DNA of 64,000 nucleotides from the NCBI GenBank assembly GCA_964016885.1, contig OZ024746.1, positions 28,396,001-28,460,000 of the forward strand, read 5' to 3'. Made by a program: the position numbers and the translations under genes. The DNA is from Eledone cirrhosa. Its lineage: Eukaryota. Under the pieces are notes generated by a model that ran no database searches, was not told where the DNA came from, and saw nothing but the letters and a program-made list of their open reading frames with translations. Positions 1-17,100 of this stretch are shown here, one piece after another (position 1 is the first letter of the stretch; each line of letters opens with the position of its first letter).

Positions 1-84
1 ATTTTCTATGGTCAAATGATGGTTAAACACATATATTTTTCTGCTTCTACTTTCGTAACTGATTGCTCCATTCATGCACCACTA

Positions 85-2070
<1,986 letters not shown>

Positions 2071-2599
2071 TTGATGTAAATGTATGCAAGAAATATCTCG
2101 ACATTCTGTTAACTAGATCCCAGATGAAGCCAGATGAAGTTCTATTATGGCAGCAGCAATAAACTCTCACTTTTATGAATGGCCTCCCAAGAAATGCTGG
2201 CTATAGAAAGGGACAATCTTGGGTCCACGGCATAGCTTAGCCAGTCGGCTGGTACAGATAAAAGAGCAAAATTGTAATATTGGTTTATGATTTAGGCACA
2301 AAGCCTACAATTATATTTTTTTTTGGGGGGGGGGGGCGATAAAAATTGATCCCAGTGCATTACTGGTACTTTATTTTATCAACCCCGTAAAGATGCATGT
2401 ACTTATAGAATGCTCAGTCAGTTGAAAATTAGTTTCACGAGCAGGCTAGTAATTTGGTGAAACAACTGAAACACTCGTCATCGTACCTGATGCAATACAA
2501 AGTAAGCTGGGCTACCATAGGATATGGCTGGATACAATAATTTGGTTGGGGATTGTCAGTTCGTAAGTGTAATGGACAATGTACCTTATATTATATTAT

Positions 2600-2786
2600 A
2601 ATGGTTTCTACTTTTGGCACAAAGCCAGCAACTACTCAGTGTATTACTGGTACTTTATTTTATCGACCCCGTAAGAATGAAAGGCAAAGTTAACCTTGGC
2701 GGGATTTGAACTCAGAATGGCAAGGGCAGTATCTCTATGCGTCAAAGCATGGCGTCCGACCCTCTACCGATACTGCCAATCCCCCT
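2600..2786 (-). mobile_element. Same SINE family
   Basis: Reverse complement of 12244 copy; partial copy also at ~2280-2395. Confidence 0.8.
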
Positions 2787-2859
2787 ATTTTCAGAAGCGT
2801 TGAGCGGATATTTACTCATTGTAAAATTTTGACAATGTGGACTGTCAATAAATATATAT

Positions 2860-2995
2860 GTGCGACAGGCTTCCACACAATTTCTGTCTATGAAACACGT
2901 CACTCACAAGACATTGTTCAACCGGAGATTATAATAAAATACAGTTGCCCAACGCTCCCCAGAACAGGATTGACTCCGAAACCATGTGGTTGAGA
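2860..2995 (-). mobile_element. Second SINE family (related decayed copies at ~11660-11775, 14900-14990, 56706-56850)
   Basis: Shared ccttgggcaa..tctactatagc..gg..gacc..ttgtgagt..gtagacggaaactg-like sequence. Confidence 0.6.
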
Positions 2996-3817
2996 ACAGG
3001 AACAGATTTAGATCATGGGGACCCAAAAATTATAATGTACGGCAAATCCACAAAATGATATATCACCCCTGTTTATAGGATGGAATTGAAAGTGACAAAT
3101 TATACATAAATACAAATGTTAAATGCAAAACCTGACCAACAATACATAAACATAAATACATAAATGTAATATGGAAATAGAGCTACATACATAAACGTTA
3201 AATGGAAGTATACATAATATATAAGCAATAGATAAATGTTAAATGTTATATATAAATGTACTGACATTTTAGTGTCAAGGCTGCCACAAATATTTTAGCC
3301 TAGGCCAAAACCTATTAAATCCACCATAATAAGGTTAAAGGCATCTATAAATGCAAAATCTTACCTGAACTAATAAGTTATATCTACTTATAGTTGTACG
3401 TATCACTACAATACTTATACAATGTCTTTCCACATCTGAAAAGTCTTTAATGAACACATTAAACAACATCATCTTCAGCACACTGCTCTCTACATCCTGT
3501 AAGTAGAGAGCAGACTATTTTGTGAGATATGCAAGTTTATATGTGTAAAGATATATCTGATGAGTTGTGGAAAAAGAGTCGGGCCCCGTCACCTTGATTG
3601 TACCGTGAGCTGATCAATATGGAGACAATTGTAATATGCAAATAAAGTTTGTACACATGCTGCAACAGTGACTTCGAATGTCTTAAATCTATTTACACTC
3701 TGCACCCCACAGCCGTAACACTGGAATACAAATGAAACGGACCTCGTAACAGCACTGAGTGCTTCGAACGGTGCGCCACCTGTAACTGTTGTTACACACT
3801 TAGCTAACACACTTAGC

Positions 3818-3873
<56 letters not shown>

Positions 3874-4711
3874 TCCACCTAAAGACCACAAGCAACAGCA
3901 TACACAAATGTCTAGTGTCTACTCTCGCGTAAGTAGTGAAGTTTTGCTTTTTTTTTGTAACAACACTGTTACCCCACCACACACCCACTAAAATATTATT
4001 TAATTCAACCCTGTTTATAACATCAAAGATGGAATTTAGTAGAATCTGAATAATTTAAAACAAATTGCTTATTTTCATGTTTTGAAACTAAAAACCAAAC
4101 GCCTGTGAAAATAATGATATAATGTTCAGAGTAAATATGTGCCATTCGGTACAACATTAGATATTAATTTCACTGAATCTGTGCAGAATGTAATTTACAA
4201 GGCAAATAGCAATTCTCCAAAGAGGAAAAATAGTTTACAGTTAGTGATTGTCTGCATCGTAGCGTTTCCCTTGTGTTTTGAAGAAGAAAACCAGTTTTGA
4301 TCCGTATTTTCGAAGTGGTAGACATTAAAGGATAGGTTCTCTTTTCAGACCATATTTATTTAATCGAGTTAAACGTGCGTCTAGATGTGGTAAGCCATAA
4401 CAGATTGGAAATGGTATCTAATTTCTCTTATAATTAAGAAATAGAAACAAGATAGATAGACGGATAGAAACGAATCGAATATTATTATTATTATTCGAAA
4501 AATGTATATATGCATATATATATATAGTTGTTCTGTAGTAAGGTGTATTATTGGTTGTGTAAAACGGTCCAATAAATTTATGTTAGCAATATTAAGTTCT
4601 CCACGCTTTTGTATATCTCCAATTCCATTCAAGGTAACAGCTAGATGATGTAAAATCGTATAAGTATCAAAATGAAAATCCAAAGGCAAAGTAAAATTCC
4701 AATCGTTTTAA

Positions 4712-4792
4712 TCACGACACATGTTTCAATAAGAGATCGATGATCGATCGATCGTAAAGCCATGATCAATTATCACTGATCTCATCAGGTGA
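4712..4792 (-). ncRNA. Type-I hammerhead-like motif with long stem II (left arm of fold-back)
   Basis: tcac CTGATGA ... GAAA catgtg TC gtga on minus strand. Confidence 0.6.
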
Positions 4793-4927
4793 AAATGAAT
4801 TGTCTTCAGATTCTTGATATGAGGGAGAAAAATAACGATGTTCACTCACAGAGTTGAGGGAATAAACTCTGTCAGTGAACATCGCTATTTTTCTCCCTCA
4901 TATCAAGAATTTGAAGACAATTCATTT

Positions 4928-5001
4928 TCACCTGATGAGATCAGTGATAATTGATCATGGCTTTACGATCGATCTATCTCTTATTGAAACATGTGTCGGG
5001 A
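4928..5001 (+). ncRNA. Type-I hammerhead-like motif (right arm; stem I mismatch)
   Basis: tcac CTGATGA ... GAAA catgtg TC ggga. Confidence 0.5.
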
Positions 5002-5065
5002 TTAAAACGATTGGAATTTTACTTTGCCTTCGGATTTTCATTTTGATATATATATATTATATATT

Positions 5066-5172
5066 ATCTGGTTCCTTAGGAATCTGTTTCAGAAAAAACT
5101 TCTTTCTTTGAGCTATTTAATTGTTAGAGACTATTTTGAGTTTCTAACTCACTCAATATATACCTTTGATAT

Positions 5173-5260
<88 letters not shown>

Positions 5261-5464
5261 AAGGTATATATTGAGTTAGAAACTCAAAATAGTCTCTAAC
5301 AATTAAATAGCTCAAAGAAAGAGGTTTTTCTGAAACAGATTCGTAAGGGACCAGATTCGCTAGTGTGAAAAAAATACTAACTATTAACACGCTAGGTTCT
5401 GATGACATGCGCATTATTTTATAGTTAGTATCTTTTTCACCCCAGCGAATCTGGTCCCTTACGA
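5066..5464. repeat. Overlapping inverted repeats (5066-5356 centred on (TA)n; 5342-5464)
   Basis: Direct reverse-complement matches; further copy of part at ~5845-5925. Confidence 0.85.
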
Positions 5465-6224
5465 TTTGAACACATTCATGTTTATATCTGTGTTTATCAA
5501 TTATATTACACGGCTCAGAAAAACCTCTTTCTTTGAGCTATTTAATGTAGACCTAATTTAAATGTCGTGTAAACTTGGCTGCGATTTTTAGTAGTATACG
5601 TTTATGAGACACGCTAGGTTCTGATGCCATGTGCGTTATTTTATATTCGTACACTATTCAGTTTCCTAAAATACTTAGAAGTGAAGGGCTTACTAATTTT
5701 ACAGAAAAGAATTGGTAATTCCCTGCGCTAAAATTGCGTAACAGCCTACGAAATGCTGTCTGGGTGTTAGGCAGTTGCCCAATATCGGTTTGTATTTCTT
5801 TTCTTGATTTATTATTTTAAATTGAGTCTGGCAAACCCTATTGTTAATAGTTAGTAATTTTTTAACCCTAGCGAATCTGGTCCCTCACGATTTGAACACA
5901 TATATGTTTATATCTGTGTTTATCTCTCTTTTATATTCAATTATATATATATCTTCTTCTCACTTCCTTCCACTCCCTCGCCTCTTCCTTTTCCTTTTTC
6001 CTCTTTCGATTAAACTGAGGCAGCCTATCGGGCTTTTGTAGCCTCAGTACCCCCACCCCAGAAAATTCTATATAGCATTGGTCGAAAACGCAATACCAGC
6101 TAAAAATATAAGAGCTGTTTCAGACTCTAGTTTTTTTTAGTTTTTTATTTTTAATATTATTTTTATTTATTATTTTTTATTTTTTTTATTTCAATTTATT
6201 AACTTTTAATTTTTTAATTTTATA

Positions 6225-6647
6225 ATTTCCCATTCTCAGATACCTCCAGAATTCTTTTTTCGCCTCCTTTCTAGCTAGCCTAATTTCCTCCACACTCCTT
6301 AGAATTGCTGTATACTTTCAACGCTTGACCGGCTCCACCCACTCCCTCATTGTTCTACTGGCAAGTTCAGACACCCATCGCCATGAAAGATTTGATTGCG
6401 CTTATAAGAAATTTTGACCAATCCTTTTGACAACGCAATCATCCCATATATGGAATTACCCCTTGAACATTTCGGTTCTTCATTACCACGCTAACAATCT
6501 AATTTAGTCCAGAAATAGCCGTCGAAACGGCTTGAGCTCTGCCGTCGGGATCTTGAACAATTTCCTATTACCCACTCTACTACCCCAAGTATTGAGTACT
6601 CTGGTGCATTATGGTGCACCTGGTTCCTTACCACACTTCCTTCGTTA
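6225..6647 (+). mobile_element. HHR-bearing repeat family (probable PLE pLTR), long copy with decayed core at 6460-6549
   Basis: Homologous to 25416-25917; cccc TTGAACA ... gtc GAAA cggc-ttgagctct-gccg TC ggg. Confidence 0.7.
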
Positions 6648-6734
6648 TATATATATATTACAGGGGAACGGGTAGGCGTTCCCTTGTCGTGTCTGTTTGG
6701 ATTCCCTTGGGAACGTAACCTTATTATATAAGAA

Positions 6735-6809
6735 GCTGCCTGATGATGTCATGGCACCAGGTACACGGAATCGTGTGTCTACTGTCGTCATTGAAATGTA
6801 TATCACATC
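6735..6809 (+). ncRNA. Degenerate hammerhead motif
   Basis: gctgc CTGATGA ... GAAA tgtata TC acatc, then AATAAA; same layout as 23415-23469 but stem I decayed. Confidence 0.45.
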
Positions 6810-6898
6810 ATTACCAATAAAGGACTTTAACATCTGAAACAGCTTCGCATTTTCTCATTCTCTCTCACTCTCTCTCTCTATCTACCTATCTATCTCTA

Positions 6899-6941
<43 letters not shown>

Positions 6942-7108
6942 CTCTCTAAATATATATACACACACATATATATATATATATATATTATAAGCTGAGCCAA
7001 CTTATGCAGCTTCATATGCAAATGAGATTAATCGCCTCATTTACACAGACGAGAAAGCTATTTATTCTCGACTGTTTTCAAGTCCACCAGTTGTAAGTGG
7101 TGGGAGGG

Positions 7109-7152
7109 ACCGTCCTGACGAATGCCAGTCAAGTCTGAAATGCATAGCTGGT
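7109..7152 (+). ncRNA. Degenerate minimal hammerhead motif
   Basis: accgtc CTGACGA ... GAAA tgca TA gctggt; palindromic stem III, weak stem II. Confidence 0.4.
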
Positions 7153-7297
7153 TGTCCTCCTTGCTTCTGCTGGACAGCACCAGAGGGCGTTAGCCCCGGT
7201 GTTTGCATAGCTACGGCTTCCTAAAACCGTGTTTCTTAGGAGATACGAAATTTCTATACCTATTTTTATAAAGCTATGCTTAAAGCGAAATCTTATT

Positions 7298-8188
<891 letters not shown>

Positions 8189-8844
8189 GCAAACATAAGA
8201 AAAGGATGAAATCAAGAACAACTATAAAACGCAACTGTTTCTGTTATTGAATCTTTATCGTAGCCTACATGTACCGGAAGATCTTGTTTATGGTTGGAAG
8301 ATCCATGATAATATATTGCAGCCTTCATGTACTGGAAGAATTTGTTTATGATAGGGAGATATTAGATAATATATGGCATTTTCTACCTTGGTACGTTTTT
8401 AATGACCAGCTCCAAAGGTATTGTCAAACAACTGAGACAGAACAGAGGTAGGAAAGTTTTTCAAGCTAAAGAACAGGGGTAAGGACATTTTAATATTAAA
8501 GAAAAGGGTTAGGGAACCTTTTCAACCTGAAGCACCGGGTTAAGGAAACTTTTCAATCTGAAAAGAGGGGTAGTGAACCAAACTAAAAATAGTTGAGACT
8601 ATTGGGGCTGTTTTGGTGTTGAATCGTATCTGAAATTGCCTCTGGATAAAAAGATAAATCTGGTCGATGTTGTTTGGATTTGTTAGACTAAATCACACCA
8701 CCCACTTTGATCTTACATAGCCATAGGAAGGTTCATCAGTGCATCAACCAATGTTCTTACAGAGCTGGTTGTTGAAGGCTGTTGCTAAACATCTAACCTA
8801 TGGATATCCATATCGTGGTGACTATAAAACTATTAGAGAGTATC

Positions 8845-9072
8845 CTATACAAATGTGTTCTTGTTTAACTCTCCAGCAATGACAGTGGTATCAAAATGAT
8901 TGTCATAAACTCTTGATTGGTTAAATGCTCCTTCCAGAACATATACAAAATGGTCCATAACATCGTTATCAATGGAATAGATCGCTAACGAATTCTTCCT
9001 TAGCTTTCCAACAATGTCTTGTAAAACAGATGAATATCTTACGTTATGGTGTCTATTGTAATATATTACCAA
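8845..9072 (-). pseudogene. Possible degraded AP-endonuclease fragment of a LINE
   Basis: VIYYNR...TTVIAGELN resembles vYRp...iiaGDfN. Confidence 0.3.
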
Positions 9073-9597
9073 TGAGGTTTTGCTTAGCTCTCCACTAATG
9101 CCCCGCTAATGATATTGGCTGTGATAACTAAAAAACAGAGTAATGAAGTAAAGTACATCATATTCTAGTTTTCTAATAATTGCTTTAGAAATCGATGTCA
9201 GAGAGACGTATCATTGTTCATTAAACATTTGTAATCAGTATAGTCTAGGTGATAATGGTGACCTGAACTGCTTGAAAAATATAACATATTCCTCCTCGTA
9301 CGCTGGTTGGCGACAGTCAATTCATTAACACAGTCTTTCTTTGTGTTTCCTTTTCAAAACATTTCATGACAGTAGCTGACGTTTGAAAACTATAGACTGG
9401 CAACAGAGCAATTTATACTAAAGAGTAATTAACGAAACGATTTAAATAAGATTGTGAAGTTTTACTGCAAAAGTGATCAATCTTCGCTTTATGGTAAAAA
9501 GTTATATAGATAGATGATTGAATAAACTTTAACACGTAACATTTATCATTGGTTTTCTCTTTCGCCTACATAGCTCCGTCGGTAGATCTTTCGACCT

Positions 9598-9735
9598 TTA
9601 ACTCTTTCATTACCATATTCTAATGAAAGACAGTCTCTGATTTTGAAATAATTTTGAAGGTAATTAAGAATATTAGGTTGTTTAATAAATTACTTTACTC
9701 ATTATTAAGCTGGTATTTGGAAGATAACAAAAGAT
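9598..9735 (+). mobile_element. piggyBac-type MITE terminus (TTAA-CTCTTTC)
   Basis: Begins ttaactctttcattaccatatt; resemblance to an octopus MITE is from memory only. Confidence 0.35.
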
Positions 9736-12243
9736 GAAAGATAAAGTTCGTCTCGTCAACATATATCAGTGTATAACAATGATAATTCCACAAGAAATCC
9801 AGAAAAAAGTTCACAAAGTATTGTATTGATAGGTATATCGATATTTAGATTTAATGTATAACTTATTGTTTTAGAGACAGTATCAGTAACGTTCGATTTC
9901 TTCTATAAACTTTAACAAAGCTATATTATCTTAAACTTTAACAAAGCTATATTATCTATATATAGATTTGAGCGACTTCCGTCCGTCACACAATCTATGT
10001 ATGTGTTTGTGTGAATATATGTGTGTGTAAAAAGAAGGAAAGGGATGGTGAAACAACTATAGCAAAACAGCGACTGGCGTTCCATTTCCTACGCTGTGTT
10101 TGAGTGTATGTGTATGTTTCTGTGAATATATATATGCGTTTGTCTGAATGTATGTGTATTTGTTTGAATGTATGTCTGTGAATAAGGTTTTTTGTAAGTG
10201 TGTCTTTGTTTGCGCGTTTATAATTTATACTCATACATATAAATGGATGCATATGCACATACACACACGCACACACATACACATATACGGATATTATTAT
10301 AGTTGATTCTCTCTATGTTTTCACCAGGCTGGTTCTTAACTAGGCTACATGAATAACGTTAATAATAAAATGTTCTCATATCAATTTCTTTCTAAATTTG
10401 TAATTACTTTTCAAGTATTAATTGATTACTCTACGTGTTATACGTACAAAAAATAAAGACAGAAATAATTAATAAAAGGCAGCTGAACTATATAAATATG
10501 TCTGTAATTTTATACAGTTATAAAATGTTTCGAGAGTAATGTATCCCCGTAGACCAGTGTATCACGAAACCTTTCAACACGCGTGCATGGTATATTTATC
10601 TTGTGAGAGCTGTCGTTTATTTTTGTCTGGGGTGGTTGACTTTTCGAGAACGAGATTTTGAAAATTAATGAGAAATTTTTTCCTAATAGTTGTAAATGAT
10701 TTTATGTTTTTGTTTTGGATTTTGTTTGAGATTCTGGAGTTTATTTCGAATATTTATTTTAAATTGTTTTCTATTTAATTTGATGTTACATTGTTACATG
10801 ATGCATTTGAAAAATGTGTTTGAAAAATGTGTTTATAAAGAATAATATAATTTCAGTAAGACTTTGGGTTCAGAAATCTCACTATAGAGAGAAGCAAAAT
10901 AGCAGGCATGTCTGCGTTGTTAAGAAGTTCGCTTCGCCGCAATTACTGAATGTACCCACTCATTGTTTAACTCTAAATTTGGATTTTTTCCCGTATCTCA
11001 AGTAAAAGTAAATTCTAATTCTTCACAGATAAAAGGTTAACAATTATAAATTAATAATTTATCCTGAACATATATGTTGCAACGAGGAAATTAATATTGT
11101 TATACTTTATGTCCTGATGTACTGAATAGAAGAGATACGCTATCTTAGGAATTTTGATGTGTAGAAATATTGGTATTAACATTATAATTCATTGTTTACT
11201 TTTATACCATAAGAATCCATTTAGTCATCTAGCAGCAGAACCTCGAAATTCCTATACAGTTAATAGTGGAACTATAACTGTTTCCTAATGGAACAGTCTA
11301 AATTGAAATTACTATATATATATATAATAATGAATTAGTTACCTTATGGAATAGTCTAAATTACAACCAGTATACATTTAATAGTGGAACAAGTTACCTT
11401 ATGGAATAGTCTAAAAGATTCGATTTTACATGAATATATATGACACGTGGTTCCGACCAATACGGAAGAATTGTCTTATATATCTAATTTTGTATGAATT
11501 CTCTTATACTGTGTATGATTCTAAAATGAGTGAAAGTAACGATGAAACGCTGAGAATATTTGTTATTTACAAGAAACTGAAATGGATGTTGTCAGTGGGA
11601 TCAGTGCAGTAAATCCAGTCAGTGTGATCAACAATAAGAGTGTAAATACTGCAATCATTAAGTTCTGTGTTCGATCCCACTGCGTAGAATCTTAGGCAAA
11701 TGTTATTTGCAACAGCTTCAGGTCAACCCATGACTTGAGAATAAGATTAGAAAGATGGAAACTGATTATAAGCCCCTTTAGGTTAATTTAATGAGCATGC
11801 TGTTCTCTTGATCGAACAACCGGAGTACCATCGACGAAAACAACGGAGGTCCATTCCAACCGGATAATAAGCCAGTTATAAACATCTAACCATTTACAGA
11901 GGGAGACAATGCATTTCCTATTTCAGTCATGTCGCTGCAATACGAAGATCGATTTCGATTCATCCTTGGCTGCAATCATACCTTTGTTCCTGTAAACAGT
12001 TATTTAAAACAAAAACCCTTCATATTTAATGCTCTATGTCATTTGTATATATATATATATATGTTGAATATTTATGTAATTATATCATTGACATGCATTA
12101 TTATAATATCATTCTTATCTATAACCACTTTCACCTGTGAGTAATCAACATAAACTATAGGGTTTCTCTTATACCATCCATTAATTTACAAAATAAGAAT
12201 TTACTACTTTGTATAATTGTTCATCTTATGTCTGTTATATATA

Positions 12244-12466
12244 GGGCGGTGGATTGGCAGTATCTGTAGAGAGTCGGACACCATGCTTTGCAGCATAGAG
12301 TTACGGCCTTTTACGGTCTGATTTCAAATTCCGCCGAGGTTAACTTTGCCTTTCATCCTTACGGGGTCGATAAAATAAAACACCAGTAACGTACTTGGGT
12401 CGATCTAATCGACTTTCCCCTCTCCCCCAAATTACTGGCCTTGTGCCTATACTAGAAATCATTATT
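12244..12466 (+). mobile_element. tRNA-derived SINE (Deu/Nin-core-like; octopus OR-type)
   Basis: A-box-like tggcagtatctg, B-box-like atttcaaattcc, core gccgaggttaactttgcctttcatcc..ggggtcgataaa, tail ccttgtgcc..agaaa..attatt; about 10 related copies in window. Confidence 0.85.
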
Positions 12467-12497
12467 TCTGTTGTTCATCTTATTTCTGTTATATATA

Positions 12498-12652
12498 GGG
12501 CGGTGGATTGGCAGTATCGGTAGAGGGTCGGACGTCATGCTTTGACGCCTCGAGTTACGTCCCTTTCCATTCTGAGTTCTAATCCCGCCGAGGTCAACTT
12601 TGCCTTTCATCCTTACGGTGTCGATAAAATAAAGTACCAGTAATGTACTGGG
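12498..12652 (+). mobile_element. Same SINE, tandem 3'-truncated copy
   Basis: Preceded by the same ~27-bp flank as the 12244 copy. Confidence 0.85.
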
Positions 12653-12980
12653 TACATGTTATATATAACATACCACTCGTGGCCACCAAAACATTTAATT
12701 CGTTCAACACTATTTTGACGAAACGAGGCCACTAGTTATCAAATAAGACATCTAGAAAACTGTAAGGCAGTGAAGTCTTATATAGATGGAGTAAACAAAG
12801 CTTGGCGTCCGTTAAACATATTTTCTTATAAGAATTCTTCATATTTTTAATAACCTTCAATGTATCACAATCAGAATGTTACTCCAGTATTATCAATATA
12901 TCTAAACTTCGCTTTGGGATATATACTTATTTCAATAATTAACTTGTGTGCGTGTGCGTTTTTGTGTCTATACGTATGTA

Positions 12981-13018
<38 letters not shown>

Positions 13019-13230
13019 GTCCCAAAATAGTGTATTCTACGTATATATACATTCAACAACAGAGACACTCTCACACAGACACATTCGCACAGATATATAT
13101 CGGTCTATACATGTATGTGCGTGTGTGTCTACACATATACACATATATGTACAATATATACAAACATGCATACATTTTCAAACATACATGCATAAATACA
13201 TACATTTACATACATACATAAATTCATTAC

Positions 13231-13276
<46 letters not shown>

Positions 13277-13549
13277 GCATAGATATATACTTACATGCTT
13301 ACATACCTACACACATGCTTACACACATGCTTACACACATACATTTGCATACATTACACAGACACGCGTCCTTCTACGCTGGCAGCGATTTGTTCACGTG
13401 CGACCTTTGGTATTTGAAGTTAGACATTTCACAAATAACATGCATAACCTTTGATATTTCCTACAATGAACCACATACACCATACATATTGCAAATTGGG
13501 TCTTTCAATATGGATGTATTGTGTAAATATATATACATACATACATATT

Positions 13550-13586
<37 letters not shown>

Positions 13587-13708
13587 GTATGTATATATTG
13601 TAAAATATATATATGTATATTATATATATATGTTTATATATGTGTGTGTGTGTATATATGTGTGTGTGTATATATGTGTGTGCTTATCTGTCAACATTTT
13701 TCTGTCAA

Positions 13709-13745
<37 letters not shown>

Positions 13746-13782
13746 ATATATATATATAGAGAGATAGATAGATATTTGTATC

Positions 13783-13877
<95 letters not shown>

Positions 13878-14206
13878 TAATTAAATTAGAATTATATTCC
13901 TCACTCTATATAACCTATACGAACATAAGTGTGTATGTATATATATATATATGCGTGTATATATATATATATGTGTGTACATGTGCATACTTACATATAT
14001 ATATATATATACTCGCACTAATACCCGGCGTTTCCCGGGTTACAGTAATTAATGACATTTCATTCAAAGCTTGCTATATTTTCTTAATAATTATTGTGAT
14101 TAGTGATTCTACCGTTACAGGCATAATAAAGTCTGTTAGATCAATAAAAATAATAAACAAGCTCTCACCACAAGCCACTTGCCTTCATGCACCAACACAC
14201 ACACAG

Positions 14207-14283
<77 letters not shown>

Positions 14284-14634
14284 GTAGTGTATAATGAGCG
14301 CCTATTTCAAAGTGGCAGCTTTAATATATTTATAGAACACTCATTTTATATTAGATATGTAACGACAGTGAGACATGGAACCTTGCAGTAACCACCAAGC
14401 TATTGGTTTTCAACGATGAATGTTCTTGTTAATTGATCAATGAGATACTCTGCTCGTGAAATTAACGTGCAAGAGTCTGAGCATTCGACAGACATGTGTA
14501 CATTCGAGGTAATACTCAAGAAGTTCAGCCTGCCAGTGTGTGACAAGGCTATCCCTTTGAAATACAGGTACAGTCTGTTTTGAATTAAAGGTTAAGTGGC
14601 TGAATATTCCACAAGCACATATGCATGCATAACA

Positions 14635-14820
14635 TAATTGTTTCTACTTTAGGCACAAGGCCAGCAATTACCCAGTGCATTACTGGTACTTTATTTTATC
14701 GACCCCGTAAGGATGAAAGGCAAAGTCAACCTCGGCGGGATTTGAACTCAGATCGTAAAGGGACGTAACTATGCTGGAAAGCATGGCGTCCGACCCTCTA
14801 CCGATACTGCCAATCCACCG
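14635..14820 (-). mobile_element. Same SINE family
   Basis: Full head-core-tail match. Confidence 0.85.
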
Positions 14821-16059
14821 CAACATAATATTCAGTAGAATTCAATGCAACCCATGGTGTAACAAGACTGACCCCTTTTAATTACAGGTACAATCCATCG
14901 GACAGGCTTCCAAGCAGTTTCCATCTACCCAATTTTTCTGTCAAGGAATAGGTCGAGCTGAGTCTATAGAAAAGGATACTTGCCCAAGATGTTAGACAGA
15001 AATTTATTGCTAATGGAAGTGCCAGCCTTGTCTCATACTCTGTGACACGCTGAATCACTCCGAGAATTATATTAATGTTACATACAAATGTCAGGAATGA
15101 TCCGCCACTTGCAGACTATCCGAACTGTTAAGAATTCGATTCTCAATCATTAAGTGCCGGTTATATCCCCAGAGTGACCCTGTCCTTGTGTGTCAAATAG
15201 GATAGACTGAAAGTGTATGTACAGTGCTTGTAATTGAAGGCGCCATAATTGCCATAGATTGTGTCATACTAAATCCTCCTAAGAACCATATTAGTTGTAT
15301 ATATTTAGAATGCTCAGTCACTTTTACATTGATTTCTCCAACAATTTCCATTAAATGAACTAGAACACTAGTCGTCGAACCCGACGGAATACTGTTTCAT
15401 TTCCACAATTCTTTACTGTTTACTAGATTTTATTTCGTAATCCGACAGTGGATATATTTGAACAATTTTAGATTTGCAGAATTACTCTACATTTGTTTTA
15501 TTCTTGTTCAATAACATCTACTCTGTCGTCCTTTCAAGCTGTCTATTTTAAAACCAGATTATTATTATTCATATTATTTGTATTATATTTCTGTCTTCCG
15601 TTGCTAATTCACTTTCTTTTCAGCTTAGAGAGTAGAATATAGTAATTATAATTTATTAGTAGAGTAGCGATAATATTTATACTTATTACCTTACTGTTGC
15701 CATTTAGATTTGTTTCAAGTATTAATCGAAAAAGTTTGTAATATCACTTGCTAACCTTTCATCCATGTATATATCTTCTCAATTATTCTGTCTAGTTCAT
15801 TATGCCAAAGTATTTATTATGAATACGGGACTTTCATCAATTACGACGATGAGTGTGCTATTTGTTGGAACTACAGAATAGTCTTCTCGTAAAATAAACG
15901 TGCACGTGGGTTGAGCATTCCACAAACGCATGTGTCCTTAACGTTGTTCTCAATAAAATGCGGTGTGACAAAATATGTGACAAGGTTTCTTACAGACCGT
16001 GCCGCAGAGTCAATATTGGTTCGGCTGTATTACGTCTCGGTCTTAACCACTCTGTCCGT

Positions 16060-16200
16060 CAGCTACCTTGGATTCCACCCGAGAATACCTTCTATATTTA
16101 CAGCTCTCAATATCTCCGGTGGAATTTCATCCTCACCAAAGGCTTTGCCACTCTTGAGCTCCTTAATTTTTCTGGGTGTCTTCAGTTACTCTGAGATTAA
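16060..16200 (-). pseudogene. LINE RT N-terminal remnant (duplicated ~19940-20085)
   Basis: Translates KIKELKSGKAFGEDEIPPEILRA (K-A-P-G-x-D-x-I motif). Confidence 0.6.
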
Positions 16201-16354
16201 TCTTCTTCCTAGATACACCTTGTGCACATAAGAAAATTAACAAGTTTATGAGATTTTACGGGTGATAAAATAAATGTACCATGCAGTTGTTTTAGCTTCA
16301 TCGCAGGGTCTCAGTGCAAGTCACATGTAAGAAAAGTACATATATATATATTTA

Positions 16355-16540
16355 TAGGGAAAAGTATGACTCCGACGGCAGAGCTCAAGCCGTTTCGACG
16401 GCTATTTCTGGACCCAGATTTGTTGCTTGAGCTCTGCCGTCGGGGTCATACTTTTTCCTATTTCCCACTCTACTACACTAAGTATTGAGTACTATGGTGT
16501 ATTATGGTCCATCTGGTTCCTTACCACAATTCCTTTGTTA
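16355..16540 (+). mobile_element. Short fold-back copy of the HHR repeat family in (TA)n (duplicate at 20237-20422)
   Basis: Imperfect palindrome 16355-16460 plus tail ...ctggttccttaccacaattcctttgtta. Confidence 0.85.
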
Positions 16541-16597
16541 TATATATCTATATATATATGTATATATACATACACACAAACACAGACACACACACAC

Positions 16598-16641
<44 letters not shown>

Positions 16642-17100
16642 ATATATATATGGTGTGGGTGGGGGTGCATGTGTATAAGCATATAAACAGACACATTTAC
16701 GTGATTCTCATTTTAATGAAACATATTTGTTGCTTTATTCTCGAAAACCGACATGAGTTGTACATAGCCAAAAGGCACCACAACCGCATTCAGACACCTC
16801 CTGCACGCACACACACACACACATATATACACACACACAGACACGTACAAACACACATACACACACATGTAAGGATGCATAATCACTCATAAACACACAC
16901 ACTCGCACACATCCCACTCAGGCATACTCGCTCAGTCACATACATTTGCAACAACAGAACGTGAAAAGCAGCAACACCTTTCTAGAAATGCCTTAACGAC
17001 AATAACAACAACAACAACAATACTAATACTATCAACAACAACAACAACAATACTAATAATATCAACAACAACAACAACAACAGTGATAATATTACAAATA

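Larger units (their letters stand above)
4665..5047. repeat. ~190-bp-arm inverted repeat (probable PLE pLTR fold-back)
   Basis: tatcaaaatgaaaatcc...ggattttcattttgata; centre ~4856-4862; several mismatches. Confidence 0.9.

Noticed and set aside
3510-3810. Possible host exon or Helitron Rep fragment (RGPTLF on minus strand)
   Set aside because: Only a few residues match and frames are broken; needs a translated search
5399-5630. CTGATGA/CTGATGC as hammerhead cores
   Set aside because: No suitably placed GAAA or stem I
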